From: Elusimicrobiota bacterium
GTDB lineage: Bacteria; CG03; SLGR01; JBDRKX01
NCBI GenBank assembly: GCA_043813605.1
Contig: JBDRKX010000047.1
Location: 1-64,000 of the forward strand
Direction of reading: 5' to 3'
Length of the DNA stretch: 64,000 nt
Shown: piece by piece, positions 18,049 through 33,100 of the stretch
Numbering within the stretch: position 1 is the stretch's first letter
How the letters are laid out: each line of letters opens with the position of its first letter
The notes under the pieces: generated by a model
What the model saw: only the letters and a program-made list of their open reading frames with translations
Told to the model about the DNA's origin: nothing
Database searches by the model: none
Translations under genes and position numbers: made by a program

Positions 18049-18110
18049 TATGAAAAAGTTATGAAAAGATCAGGCTTGTTTTAATATAATATGAAAGGAG
18101 TGTAAAAACA

Positions 18111-21100
18111 CTATGTGGCCTCGACCATTCCCCTGAAACTGTTAAGGTCATCAATCATGATATCTTCCCTGTCAAATTTGCCGCTTATCAGGCCATTTAC
18201 GTGCTCTGCAAGCTCTTCCAGGATGTCCCTGAGCGACTTTACGCTCTTATCTCCCAGTGAATATGCCGCAATATCGTCAAACCTGCCGTCTGTAGCCGTC
18301 AATGCAAGAGCTGAAGGCAATTTCACAAATCCCGTGCCTATATTCTGCAGCCTGCGTATAACGTCAGTAAAACGTTCCGCCCATGTTTTCTTGCGTTTTT
18401 CCAGCTTCTTCGCTTCATCAGGCTTGACCATTCCGGCTGTTGACACGGGTTCGATCATGCGTTTTTTGCCCATAAACAACTGATTCAGTGTGATTACCCT
18501 GTTTTTTATATCCTTTATTGTCGAGAATTTGTAGCCTTTCAGCCTTGCCGCCACGTATCTTCCCATAAGGCCTGCATCGTCTATAACGGCATTTACGTAA
18601 ATATCATACCATAAGGAAAGTGCCAGCATATCCCTTGTATCCATATGCATGTTTATACGTGATGTGAATTCCCGGTTATTCAGGATACCGTTTTCATCCA
18701 GGTTCATCTCGTATAATACCATTATTCTGAGTATGCTCAAAGCGAATCCCGGCTGCTCCTCATGCAGTTTGGCTATTATCCTGGCTGTTTTCAAGTCTAA
18801 TACAAGGCTGTTGTTCTTTTTATTGTATTGATTATGTTCCCCGATCTCTATTTTGCTGATATCAAGATACCTGAGCGGCAGGCCCTTAAAATCTGCCAGA
18901 CCTTCACCCATGACCCTATTGACCTCCATATTTACCCGGGAAGGTGTTATCGCCTTATTGAGCCGGCTGACTATGGCAGTTCTTATATTTTCTACCGGTC
19001 GGAATCTTGTCATGGCAGCAAGCCTCTTCGGGATACGTTTTGCAGCACCCAGTACATTTGTCTGCCACAGTGATCTTCCGCTCACTATCTCAAATGCCTT
19101 GTCGGCACTGAGAAAAACAGGTGTCTTAAAGCCGGCAAATACCCCTTTGTCCGAATACATGCCCCATAATTCATCGAAACTCAGTTTTGACATACTGCCG
19201 GCAGCGACAATACCCTCTCTCATTCCCATATGCAGCCAGTCTTTTACTATGTCAGTATCGACCATATTGATCAGTTCCATTGCCGGCTGCCATTCACTTA
19301 TATCGTCCTGTTCAAGCCTGACCAGGAACCATTCCATGAACCGTGCTGTTATGTACGGCAGGAGTTCGGCGGAAACATTAAGTTTCAGGGCCATATCCGC
19401 GAGTTTGATCGAAACATCCTGTGATATTACTTCAGCCATAATATGATCATCCCCCATGCTCTCAAACAGGTCGTGTGTCTTTATAGGTATATCCTTATAG
19501 GCAAAAGTGCCCAGTATTGACAGGAATATCACCCCGAGCTTGTTAGCCAGATGCTCCGCCGCTATCCGCCTGGCAAACAGCGCCTTGTTTCTCAGATCAC
19601 TGATCAGCGGGCTCTTAATTTCAGGCTTATTCAGTATGACCATACCCAGATTGTACTGCTCAGCTTCCGTGAAACCCTCCCATATTCCGTCCCTGTCAGA
19701 TTCTTCTTTGGTCAATATCAGCTTTTTAATATTGCGGAATCTTCTGCTTGTGCCGATAAATTCCCGCAGTATCCCGATAAGTTCTTCATCGAATTTTGTA
19801 CTCATTATAACATTCCATGCGAGTTCCCTTACGTGTTTCTGCGATTCGAACGCCATGGACATGTTTTCTTCTGAACAGAGTCTTGCAACAAGCATCTGTA
19901 TCCTGTCCTGGAACTCGTCATTGGCATATGCTTTGTTCATCCTGTGGCCTATAGCGTGGCCGAACTCCGATGCATACGCCAATGGTGAAAGCGCTATAAG
20001 ATCGAAATACGGGCTGTAAAATGCATTCTCCCACGGATTATCTATTCTATGAACAGGATTGGATACAAAAAGATGCCGCCTGTGGAATCCCGGATAGAAT
20101 GTTTCATCAAGTTCCTGGTCATGCATCTTCTGCTGCTGTACAGCATGAACGGCTAATGCAAAATGCTCTTCTTTTTCCTGCGCATCGACACCGAGTACTC
20201 TCAGGAAACTGTACGCCCTTTCAAGCAGTTTGCCTTTAAACAGGTAATAACCCTGCCTGTCTCTCTGTTTACCCAGTGCCGCTCTGACTATTATCCTCTG
20301 CCATTCTTCCAGGTTACTGCCCTTTAATATCCTCTCCAGTCTGCCTGTCCGGAGTTCCTGAGCAAGGTTATCTTCCTCAACAAGCGCCTTTACAAGGTCT
20401 TCTTTTATCCATTTTCTATACTGATCGGGTGTCCTGCAGCTGACCAGACTGCCGACAAGCCCTTCTATTGAAGCAGCCGACAGCGCTCTCCTGTATGCAA
20501 GGTCCGCAAACAGGGAAAGGGCAGGCAGGAACACCCTTATCTTTTCGTGGTTCTTATCCGGATCAAATATCTCTTTCATATGTTTGATGAGCGATACTAT
20601 CGAATATCCGCTCATAGGAACTTTTGTGAATATCCAGGTCGTTACAGAAAACTGGTCTACGGTCTCTATAAGATAAGGCAGCACCTGTAGTATCTCAGGA
20701 CTGATATTATAAATATCTTCCAGGTTAGGAACGATCTGTTCACTGAATATCCTGCTCCTGTTCTTGCTCTGCACAAGCCACTCGGCCAGCGTTATTTCAC
20801 GGGAAGATATTTTTATATCACCTACCCTTTTGGGAAGCTTCATATCGAGTATCGCATACGCAAGGTCCTCGTTTTTCGAAAGTATCTCCGTAAATCCCTG
20901 GTAGAACATTATAGTGTTGGGCTTTCCCGCAAGCGGACCGTATCCCAGTATAAGCGAAGGTTTTAAATTGCCTGTAACAGTATAGAACCTCTTCCGGAAT
21001 TCCGAAAACTTCTCTTTTGCCCTGGTATGCTTTAAATATTCCCTTGTAATATAGTCTTTCTCAAGCTCTCTGCCGAGCAGTTCTGCCTGACTGTCATCCG

Positions 21101-24100
21101 CTCTGTCCTTTGCAGTCAGGTACCTCTTTACCATATCAAGTGTGTCACTACCCATCTCCGCCTTCAGCAGGTTCAGCCTTTCAACTATCTTATTATAAGC
21201 CTTATCCATCGAATCAATGAGCCTTGCAAGGTACTGCAGATTATCGGCGAAAGAGTCTTCTTCTATTTCACCTTCTTCATCCGCCGCTTCTTTATCCGCC
21301 AGTTCTTCAGGTTCTTCCGCTTCCAGGTAATTCTCGGGTTCGATAAACGCCGCCAGCGAAAGTATATTCTTATCATCTAAATCTTTGCTGTATGTTACCC
21401 TGTTGACCACAAACCTTGCAAAACCGGGATTCACCCTGCTGATGAGCGCAATAGTATTGAACACATTGGAACTTTCAGGTTCAAACAGTACTTTCATGAG
21501 GTCAAGCGTTCCGTCAACTTCCGTAAAGTAATTCAGTGCAGACCTGTGGACAGGATCGACTACCAGAGAGAACTTTCCTTCAGAGGTCTTCTTTATATCT
21601 GAAATATGAGATATTCCGTAGAGCAGGTCTTCCAGTTTTTCCGAATTCTCTGCAAGTCTATATGCATTCAGCATAAAATACGGTTGATTGATGAGCAATG
21701 TGACCAGTTCAGGATCTTCATCGCTGAATTTGTCAAGCACTTCCATTACTTTCAGGAACAATGCGAAATTCCCGAATATCGCACCCAGCTTTTCTCTTAA
21801 TTCAGGATGTTCGGCCATATAATCGACTATATCTACAAGTGAACGGCCTATATTGACGAATCCCATAAGGGACGAATGTACTGACCAGGTATTTGCATCA
21901 GTTACAAGCCCGAAAAATTCCAGGAATGTTTCCGGATTTTTAAGATCATCTACGCTGAACATCCTTTCGGCAACTTCTATAGTATCTTCACCGTGGAGTT
22001 TTGCAGATACGGGAAGAGCTTTTGATAGTTTATACAGGGTTACAAGGTCATTCGGCATGTTTTTGACAGCAGTAAATATGCCGACATCCGGCCTGTTGAG
22101 GAATTCAGCTATCTCAGGGTCAGCCGACACAAAACTGAGCACTGTCTTAAAGAGATCCGTTTCCACATTATTGCTTAGGATCTTATCCAGGTCCAGTTTT
22201 CCTTTATCATCACAGAAACCCATACTCACGAACACCGTGCGGTATTCAGGCGCAATAATTCCGCTGGCAACAAGAAATATATCCCTGCTATTCATCAACT
22301 CGTCTCCAAGAAACACCATTGAAGTCAGGTATGTCTTATCGGGATCGTTTGACATCCTGTTAAAATCTATCCTGTTCATCAATTCCAGTCCCACGACCGG
22401 CAGTTCACTCATAAGATCAAGTAAGGGATTCCCTATTCCGGTAAATGTAGCGAGGATTGTCCCGTAAAAATCATTTGCATCTTTTATAGACGATATGGAA
22501 TTCAGGAAAATACTGTTTTCAAGTATTGGTTCGATCAATGAGGGGTGAAGATTAGCCAGGAATACCAGCGCTTTTTCATTGAAAATACGGTTCGCCATCT
22601 CATCTTCAGTCACAAAATCCATTACAAGTTCCCGGTCCATTATCGCTTCTGCCGCCGGGGACATATCCCCTCTCAGGAGGTCGGCCATTACGGCAAACGA
22701 TTTGGTCCTGCTCTGTTTATCGGCAATATGCATTATACTCTTATCCGATTTCCAGTTGCCTTTTATGCTATTTTTCTTAAGGAACCATTTATTTATAAGC
22801 GGACTGTATTTATCATAAAGATTCCCGTCAGAATCAAGTATGCCGTATAATACCGGTTCAATGTTTATCTTGTAGTTAAACTCAACCGCGAGTTCTACAA
22901 GCTCATTAAGGGAATACTTCTTAAGAACAGTCTCCAGATCATACGCCTTAAAATCTTCTTCAATAAGTTTACTGTAAGGCTTATTCAACTCACTGGCGAC
23001 ATATGTCACCGCTCCTATGGCATTCAGATGCTGGTTCCAGATTGCCGGCTCGTAGCTCTTTATCTCAAATACCTTGTTATACAGGTATACCCTGTCGCGC
23101 CACGGGATCTTGACCTTCTTTTCTTTAAGCAGCCTGTCGATAACGCTGTCAATGAATGCCACTGTCACATCGGTATCCGGGTTCTTGGCAAGTTCCTCCG
23201 CTATCGCGCCCAGCGCCATATAGAGTACAGTGCCGGTTATTACCAGTTCGTTTGCTTTTGAACGCAGTTTACTGTAAAGCGGATGCTCTTTTTTAAGTTT
23301 GCCTGTACCTATAACCGGAGTGAGTTCCCGGTCCGGCAGTTCTTTTTCAGCCATCACACTATGTTTTATCGGAGTGATCTTACCTTTCTTTTCTACTTCC
23401 TTATCGAGCGGCATATCATAGGCTATCATGCCGTATGGCGTGTACAATGCGCTTACAGCTTTCCTAAGATGTTTTTCATTGTACTCGTCCTGTTCAAGAC
23501 TGCGTCCGTACGTGTTTTCCCATAACTGGCGCGCAAGACTGCTGAGAGCCGCATTATCAAGTGAAGAAAGGAGATCGAACACTTTCATGACATTCTCTAT
23601 ATGTGCGCCTGAGAGCTGTTTTTTTCTGAAATCAGTCTCTATCAGACCGTTCTCATAGGCAAGCGCTGCCAGCTCCGTGAAAAATCTACGGGCAAATATA
23701 TGTCTCTGTTCGTCATACGCGTCATGTTCATAGGCGTTTATCCAGCTACTGAGACTCCTTGCCAGGGTGTAGTGCGGGAAATTACCCATAGCCATCTCCG
23801 CAAGATGTGCCGAGAATTCCGCGGCGGCATATTTTTCGACTCCTTCAAGGTCCGAATGAAGGTCTTCGACGGCATCAATGTCATGCCTGAGTTCATGGAT
23901 CATATAATGGTAACCCAGCATACCGGGTATATCGCTCTCGTCCAGTCCGGAAAAATCTTTGCGTACTGCTTCGAGAGCCCTCCTGTTCAATTCAGGTATA
24001 TTTTGCTGGAGTTTGCGCGCCCAGCTTCTTATCTTCTGCGTATGGCTCTTGTCACTGCTGACAAACTGCAGTTTATCATTGAAATATTCATCAAACCACG

Positions 24101-27100
24101 AAAGTTCCGCTGATAACCCGGAAGTCTTAAGAGGTATCATCATATCTTCAGTAAGCGCCCTTAAGTCTTCGGTAAATACCATGGAGAACCTGCTGCCTCC
24201 GGCCTGCATTCCCATCGCCCCCTTCAGGAAGTTCTCCACATCCCTGTCGATCGGCTCGGTAAAACCGAACCTGAACTTATTATCACCGACATTTATACTG
24301 TCTCCGGCTGTTATCCTGTACGGGAACGCGTAGAAGCTCCCCGGACCCGGGCCGTAATCCGCGTAGAGATAGTATCCCTGATCAAGAAGGAATTCCCTGT
24401 TCAGTTCTTCGAACATGTCAAATACGTATTTTTTGAACTTCCGGTATCCGTCTTTTTTCCTGGATTTGAGTATCCTATCAAGATTCTTTGCAAAACCCGG
24501 GTCTATCCCATTTGCAATAGAGAAAATGTCTTTAGCTATACGGGAATCACTGTCAGTTTTCAGCCTTGTATTACCGCCTATGAGCCTGAGGTATATCGGC
24601 AGCACTTTCCTCAGGAAGAATTCAAGCCTCTCCGCACCGGGCCGGAGCGATTCTATTTCACCGGAAAGTTCTTTAAGTTTTTCGATCGTGTTCTTACCGC
24701 TCCGGACTTTCTTCTCTCCTGTTTCACGGGATCTGGCTGCCAATCTCGGGTACTTCCAGCTTACGGAAGTCTTCATCTCATCGGGCCTTATGTCGACAAA
24801 ATTAGGATCGATGGCCCTCAACGGGAGTTTCAGGAAAACATCTACTACATTCGGATCGAACTGCGTGCCTTTCTGTTTTTCAAGTATTTCGAGCGCCTCA
24901 TCTACGCTATGCGGTTCGTCATACGGCCTGTAGGCGGTTATCGCATCAAATGAATCTGCCACTGCCAGTATCCGCGCGTCAAGCGGTATCTTCTTTCCTT
25001 TCAATCCTTCAGGGTACCCTTTACCGTCATACCTCTCGTGGTGATATTTTACAGCCGGAACCAGGTGATAGAGGTCGCTGAAGAACTCTATGATCTTTGC
25101 TCCTATCGTAGTGTGTTTCTTTACTATCTCATAATCTTTTTCGGGAAGTTTGCTTACAGGAACTTTCCTGAATATTATCTTTTTTATCTCTTTATCAGAC
25201 CTGCCTATATCATGGAGCAAGCCGGCGATCCTTATGTCGTCTACTTCATCTTCGCTATAGCCCATTTTCTCCGCGATCATGACCGCAAGTCTCGAGACCC
25301 TGTATGAATGCGCAAGGGTAAGCGGGTCGAGCGCTTTCAGCATGGCTACTACTTCCACCTTTACAGCTTCGTCACCTATCTCTTCCGCCGCCAGTTCAGG
25401 TATTGCCTTTTCTTCTTCGATATTGACCGGATAGGTGATCTTTTTAGCAGTAGTTTCCGGCTGTTTCTCAGTGACAATTTCTTCCGTTACCTTGAGCAGT
25501 CCCTTTTCAACTGTACTGATCACATGCTCGATACCGGCCGATATCCCGTATTTTGCCGCGTTTTCGGATATATCTTTGAGCACTCCCTTTGATTCAAGGC
25601 CCTGGTTCTTCAGCTCCGTGAGCATGCCGCTGAGTACTGTAAGCGTCTTTTCGTACCTGCTGTAGTAGACCGGGTCCGCAAGCATTGCCGGAAGTATATT
25701 TTCTAGAAGAAGCTTGTATTCGTGTTCCCTTACTTTTTTATCTGATACTTCGATGAATTTTCGTGTCGGCTCGGAGAATCTTTCGAATTCTCCCAGCATG
25801 ATAGAATAAAGTGATTCTGCTGCTATCTTTTGCCGCACTTTCGCATATTCCGCAGCATTTTCAAATACTGCTATGATATATTTTTCGGACCAGTTTACAG
25901 GAATATTATTGATATCCAGTTGAGAAACAAAGCTCACAACCGGCCTGGCGTACGACTTAAACTCTATTATAGATCCTGCTATCGAGACTATGACAGGCAG
26001 CAGACTGCCGGCAATAAACTCCATATTATCAGCAGCCTGTTTCGTCTGAACGCTGAGAGCGGCAACCTCATCCATATAGAGTTCAAATTCATTAAGAGAA
26101 CTTACCTTTTCAAGTAATCCCGGCACAAGTTTGCTCAATCCGGAACCAAGATAGGCGCCGTTTTCAGCTATCTTCGCAGCAGACATTTTTATTATGTTCA
26201 GTATAAAACTGAACTCAATGGCGGTTCTCGATTTCAAGAGTACAGGCGCCAGCACCTTTGCCGTTTCCGACACATTAACTGCATCTTTAACCGGTTCCAA
26301 TCCATGGATAAAATCGCCGGCTTTGGAAAAATAGTCCGTGAATTCCAGTATATTGGCAGATCTCTTGAAAGCCGCTTTGTAAAGTTCTATAGTTTCCTGT
26401 CCCGGTTTTGCGCCTGCTTCTTCAAGCTTGTCCATAAACCCGGTCAATGCCGTGATCACCTGGAACTGCGCTATTTCATCAAACTTTGCCGTATCATCCA
26501 GTATATTAAGAGCTGTCTCAAGGGACAGTTCTTCGGCTATTCTGCTGATATGCTGAGCATTCTCCTTCCCTACACCGTAGATCCTCAAGAGATTATTAAG
26601 TGAAGGCTCAGTTTCGAGCATCTTCTTTTCGCCTTCACCCGGTATATGGATGAGCGACAATCCGTCAAGACCTATGATAGACGAGGGTTTATCTTCAACC
26701 AGAACCGTTTTACTTAACCTGGTTTCTATATAGTCCCTTATAATATCTTTGAGCGGGTTCTCCTTTCCGAAAATCTCGCGCTGGATACCCATATAGATAT
26801 CCCGGTGCGCGTCATAATCCTTTTCACCGAACACAGCGGTATACCCTTCATGAAAGAGTATCTCGTCAAGATGATCGGAATACTTTTCTGTCATCAGGTC
26901 TTCGGAAATGGCTATCCTGCCTGCACGTGTAAATGCAACCAGGTAGTCTTCACTTCCCCTTACCATTGCTTTGAATCTCCGTATATCGCCGCTGGCATAG
27001 TACTCTTCAAGTTTTACAAGTACAGGGCTTACACGCTTATCATTCTCCAGCCCGCAGGCGGCGATCTTTGCCTTCAATTCATCAAGTTTTTCCCTTACAA

Positions 27101-30100
27101 TACGGCCCTCTTCTGTAAAAAGTTTCTGCCCTTCTATGGATGCGGCCGTTTCCATTGCTGAACCTTTGCCTATCGCGCCGCTTATGCGGCTGTATTGCGG
27201 GAATATCTTCTTGATCGTATTGTTGAGCCTGTTCCTGATAACAAAGTCATAGAAAGTAAGTTCTTGCCCGGTCTTTTCAACCTGCTCCGCAATTTCAGTA
27301 GACCTGATCCCGTAAGATCTCAGTGTTACCCTGTCTCCCTTATCGATAACCAGCGGGTTATCGGCGGTAAATCCGGTCAGCCTGCCGGCAAGCATATTAT
27401 TCACATATACTGTGACACCGGTAAGAGATTCGTTTTTGTCTATTACAGATATGACCTGGTCTCTCAGTGATACCATAAGCGGATGGTCCGTTTCAGCGTG
27501 CCTTATACCCTTTATGCGGATAGCTATCAGCTTGTCACCGAATATCGGTTTCCCGTTCATACCTATACCCATAGACCCTGCAGGATCCACTATATCATCA
27601 TCAGCTTCACCGTACCTGAGCTTTTCCGCGAGGTATCTTACTACCGGTACTCTATGGAGCCCGAACGGGATATAGTACATCTCTCTTGTCTCACCGCTGA
27701 TGGAAACAATATACGGGAAATTCGGGTGTCTGCTGGCTTTGTTCATAAGTTCCTGGTGTCTTGCCAGTTCAGGAGAACCAGGCAGTGTCTCCAGTACGAT
27801 ATTCCGCTTTCCTGTCAATGCTTCATACATCTTCCAGAATGCATACTGGCCGCTTATTATGAAGTAATTCCTTATGAACCCGCTTATCCCGCCAAGCACC
27901 GGATTAAACAGTACAACACCGCCTATCCTGGTCTTAAAACTGGCTTCCTTCAGTTCACCTTCTTTATCGAGGAACATCCGTGAAATGGCAATAGATGCAA
28001 AGAGCCCGCCCATACTGTCGCCTACCGGGACGATAATCTTTTTATCCTTAAATATCTCACCACCGCTTAGAAGGACCTTGAAAGCGGGCCATATAAATCT
28101 CTCCATGTTCTCTTCCAATGAAAGTCTTACATTACTGAAGAATTTCTTAATGCGGGTATGTCCTGCAAGCAGCAGCGCATGGGTCCCGATAAGCTGTCTC
28201 GTTATGTCATTCACATAGTATTTTCCAAAGATAGATTCCCGTTCAAACCTTTTTAATATGGCATGTATAAAATCTATTTCTATCTTGCCGGGGACAAACA
28301 GAAGTCCGGTCTTCAGTTCACTTCCGGCTTCGTCGAAATAGAGCATCAGATCCGTATCGTCCTTGTCACTGAATAATTCTATAGCCCAGACATAGAATCT
28401 TCTAAAGAAACCTGATACCGTTGGTTTCTTTTCATTAATATAAGAGCGGAGGAGTTTCCTTAGCGGGTTTTCCTGGCCGAATATATTTCTCTGTATCCCG
28501 AGGTATATCTCCTTGTGAGTCATGGCATCTATCTGTGCATCAGCCACCCATTCTTTTTCGCCGAATACGGCGCTGTATGCCTCGTGGAACAGTATCTCAT
28601 CCAGATGATCGACAAACTCCGGCATGGAGAGAAAATTGCTGCAAAGGACGATCTGGCTGGAGTTTGTAAAAGCAAGCAGGTATTTTTCAGAACCTTTTAT
28701 TATGGCATTGAAAGTAACTATCTCACCGGCAGTATCGCTCCTGGCATAGTATTGTTCAAGAAGTTTCAGGACACGCTGTACCCGGATATCGTCATCCAAT
28801 CCTGCGGTCACTGCCTTCTCTTTTATCTCGTCTATCTTCTGCCTGATTATGACCCTTTCCGCTTCACTTAGTTTCTTAACATTGATATTTTTAATATTCC
28901 TGTCTATCTTCTTTCCTATGGCACTCCTTATCCCGTCTTCGACAGGTACTGTGCTTATATCTCTTTCATCAACCTGGTGACGCCAGGACCTGTTTCTTGC
29001 TATCTCGCTGTTATAATCCGCGATCTGCTGTTCTACCCAATATTCGTCACGATTCAGGAGTCTCCCCATATATTCCGCTATACTTCCAGCTACAGCTATT
29101 CCCTGATCATGGGACTTTAGGAATATATTTGTTCTTCTCATCATCACATCTTTAAGGGTTACTGCCTGTTCATAACCGACAGCAAATGTGATCTCAGACC
29201 ATATATGCGGCAGGTCTTCTACTATTCTTTCGGCGAGCCACGGTTCCCCGGCCACCATGTTCATTATCTTCAACGCATCTTTACCGTAGTGATCGGCAAG
29301 GTTTGATGCTATATCTTCCGGCATATCTTCGATTAATTCGGGATCCAGTTTTTTTACAAGAGATATGTTATGTGTAGCAGACGGGGGTATATCCATACCA
29401 TACTCTCTCTTCAATGATCCGGCAATCCTGTCAACTAACTGCATGGCCATTATCCGGTATGTAGTCAACTTTCCGCCCCCGATAGTCACAAGTCCTTCAT
29501 TGCTCTCATAAATCTCATGTTCTCTGGAAGTCTTTGAAGCCGACGCATCCTTATCCGGCGCTATAAGAGGCCTTAACCCCGCGTATGTACTTATGATATC
29601 AGAGTAAACTATATTTCTGGCAGGGAAGTAGTTATTGACTGTATCAAGGAGATAATCTATATCCTTCTTTTCAGCATTTACATTATCGGGATCCCCGTCA
29701 TAATCCGTGTCGGTCGTACCTATTATAACATGATCATCCCACGGAATGGCAAACGCCATACGCCCATCTGGTGTCTCCATTACAACGGCGTTATTATTCA
29801 ACGGCAGCTTTTCGCGTGAGACGATCAGGTGTACACCTTTGGTCGGCCGGATCTTCTTCTTTTCATCTACTCCCGCCAGCCTGGTAATATGAGAGGCCCA
29901 TACACCGGTGGCATTGATGACCTTCCTGGCTCTTACCTTAAACTCCCTGCCGGTTATACTGTCTTTAGCATATACTCCATGGATCATGCCGTTTTCTCTG
30001 ATAAAACCAGTGACTTCACAGTGATTAAGGCATTTAGCTCCGAGTGAATGCGCTTTCCTGATCACCTGGGTAGTCAGCCTGTAGTCAACTGCAGCGCCGT

Positions 30101-33100
30101 CCCAGTAATATGATCCGCCAATAAGGTCTTCTTTCTTCAATTCAGGTTCATAACTCAATACTTCACTTGTATCTAGCATCTTGTGGGCAAGGTCACCTCT
30201 ATTGCCTGCAAGTTTATCGTAAAGTGCAAGCACTATATGCTGGTTAAAGGGAAGTTTGCCCAGATCGGATGTATGTACATCTTTCCTCAGTATCCATTTA
30301 ATGCCCAGATAGAACCATTCGAATGCGCCGCCGGATACCCTGTAGAGCGCTCTTTCCATGAAATTAGCGGGTTGAAATCTTTCCTTATGTATAGGCATAA
30401 GGAAAGGCAGGCGTGTCACCAGTCCCGGTGCCAGATGATTTAGAAGCATACCGCGTTCCCGCAGTGCTTCTTTTACCAGGCCGAAATCTCCCATTGGTAT
30501 ATATCTGAGTCCGCCATGGACGAGCTTAGAAGACTTACTTGATGTACCGCTCGCGAAATCTCCTTTTTCAAGAAGCGCCGTATTAAGTCCCCTGCCCGCC
30601 GCATCCAGTGCCGTACCCGCACCCGTTATACCGCCGCCGATGACAAGGACATCCAGGTAAGCTTCTTCAAGTTCTTTGATATCCGTTTCTCTTAACCTGC
30701 ATGAGAATTCTTCTTTACCGAACGGTGATCTGAAACTGTAGATCCCCGGCCTGTCTGTAGTGACAAAATCCACACCCCTGTTAAGCATCTTCTGCGCTTC
30801 ATCTTCATCGTTTACCGAATATATATTCAAAGCGATATCATTAGTATGAAGCGTATGTATGAAGATATCTGCGAGACCCTGGCTATCGAGTTTTTTGAGC
30901 CATTGCCTGTTAATATAGACATCTGCGCCTATGCCGGTACAGAGTTCTGTCAGTTTTTCTATAAGATCTTCTGTCCTTATGTTCCTTCCGGGACCGGGAA
31001 GTTCAGCTCCCGGCAAATAGCCCAGTTTGAGCCCGGGCGCGAGTTTTCTTAATTGAGCCAGGTAACGGTAATTCCAGCTTATCACGGTGGCTCTCTCAAG
31101 CAAATCGTATTTTTTCAGTGTTTCAACCAGTTTCCATGGGTATACCGTTGTCTCTACTTTGTATCGGCCGGTCGGGTTTGATTTTATCTCTATAACCGGT
31201 CTTACGTCATCGGGAATCTCTTCGAGATATTCCTCCAGCGTTAAAACAGTGCTGGAAACAGTACCAGGGTCGATCTCCTGCGCTTTTTCTCTCATCGACC
31301 ACCAGTACCATTTATCTTTCCTCCTGGCACCCATTTTCCCATGACTGATCATAGCTGCTGACGCTCTCTTTATCTCATCAAGAGTCATATCCTCTATATA
31401 TTTTTTACCGAGTTTCCTGTCGTGATAGACTATCATCCGGTCGTCTTTGGTCATGCGGATATCCAGTTCTATAGTCTTGTGTCCCTTCTCAACCGCCTGC
31501 TTTACTATATTAAGGTCGTTACACCTGTGAGCTATTATCGCTGCCGGCGCTCTTTCCATCCGGACAAGTCCCAAATACCTGATATAGGCATGCAGCTTCC
31601 GGACATCTTCGTATGTCCATTTATCCGCGAATTTTCTTACCCCGTACAGGTCAAGCGCTTTATGGATCAGGATCATCGCAAGTTCGCCACTGGAATTCTC
31701 GCGGAAGAGCTCACTTGATATATATATATGTTTACCGTCGGGCGGAGACCTTGCGCCTTTTCCGGTCAATACTATCTGCGCCTGCTTTATCTCTTTTCTA
31801 ATATTTATGACACCGTATTTTCCAGGAAGCTCTATCTCTCCTCCCGCTATAAAATCAAGCGCCCTGTTGAGTTTCAGGCGATCTGCATCCGTCAGTTTCC
31901 CATCTTCTTCAGGTTCTTTCTTTTTGAGCTTCAACTGCTCGGATGCCTTGGAATATTTAGGAATGATTATCTCAATGGCTATGTTTATCAGTTTTTCAAC
32001 CAGCGGGAACAGCGGCAGAAGAATCGGGAACTCCCACGGTATACTGAAAGCAAGCCCTCCCCATATGGGCCCGAACAGATACAGGACTATGCCCGGGACT
32101 ATCACATGCCCGAATACGAATACCGCCGTAAAATATATTGCAAACGGCAGGCCTCTTTCCACGGCAAGTTTTTTGAACTTTGCCGGGGTGAGTAGAAATA
32201 CTTTCTTTGTGCCGAACGCCTTGTGTATTCTTACAAAAAGTTTCAGAACATCCGAAGATCTCTCTACTTTTACGGGATTTATGCCTCTTACGTCGAGGAC
32301 TGAATAATCGGCTCCGTTTTCGTCTCTGTAGGCATTCCCCAGATAAAGGATCCTCTCAGGTTTGACCTTGACTCTTTCAGTCAGGTCTCTGAGAGCTGCG
32401 TTCCTGTCATTAACTGTGACATATATCGGTTGGCCGGGATAGGCTGGATTATAGAAAGGAGTATACGTAACACCGGCTTCCTTCAACTTATCCCTTATGA
32501 ATACCATGTATTCACTCATCTTTTCATCGCGGTGGGTATTTATGGCTATCCTGTTATTGCTAACCTGCACTCTTGCGGAGATATCAAATGTTTCTCTTGC
32601 CTCCCTAAATACGGATACAATCTTGTCCCTGGTAGCCTGCTCAAAATATTCGCTCTTTTTTACCAGCACTCCATCTTCATACCAGTATATATCCGACCCG
32701 TTCTTTGCATATATCAGGATATTCTTTCTCAGGGATTTCGGTATATATCTCAGGATAAGGTTCTTGACTCTTATAAAATCGCCGCTTGTTATTATAGCGA
32801 TCTTAATATCCTCCCTGAGAAATTTAATGACATTCTTGAATATGATCTTGCCTAATTTTACATTTTTCGCCGGTGGTAATGCAGCATCCATATCCATAGC
32901 GATGACCTTGAGCTTGTCAAGATTATACGATTCTGTAAATTCTTCCACATCTACCGGTTTTTCCTCGGGAGTCAGTCCGAGCTCTTCAAGTGCCTCGTCT
33001 ACAGTATCTACTATACGGAAAATATCTCCCGCACCTTCAGAGATCGTAGGTGTTTCATAACCTGACATAGTCTTGATTATTTCATCTATGATCGGAGACC

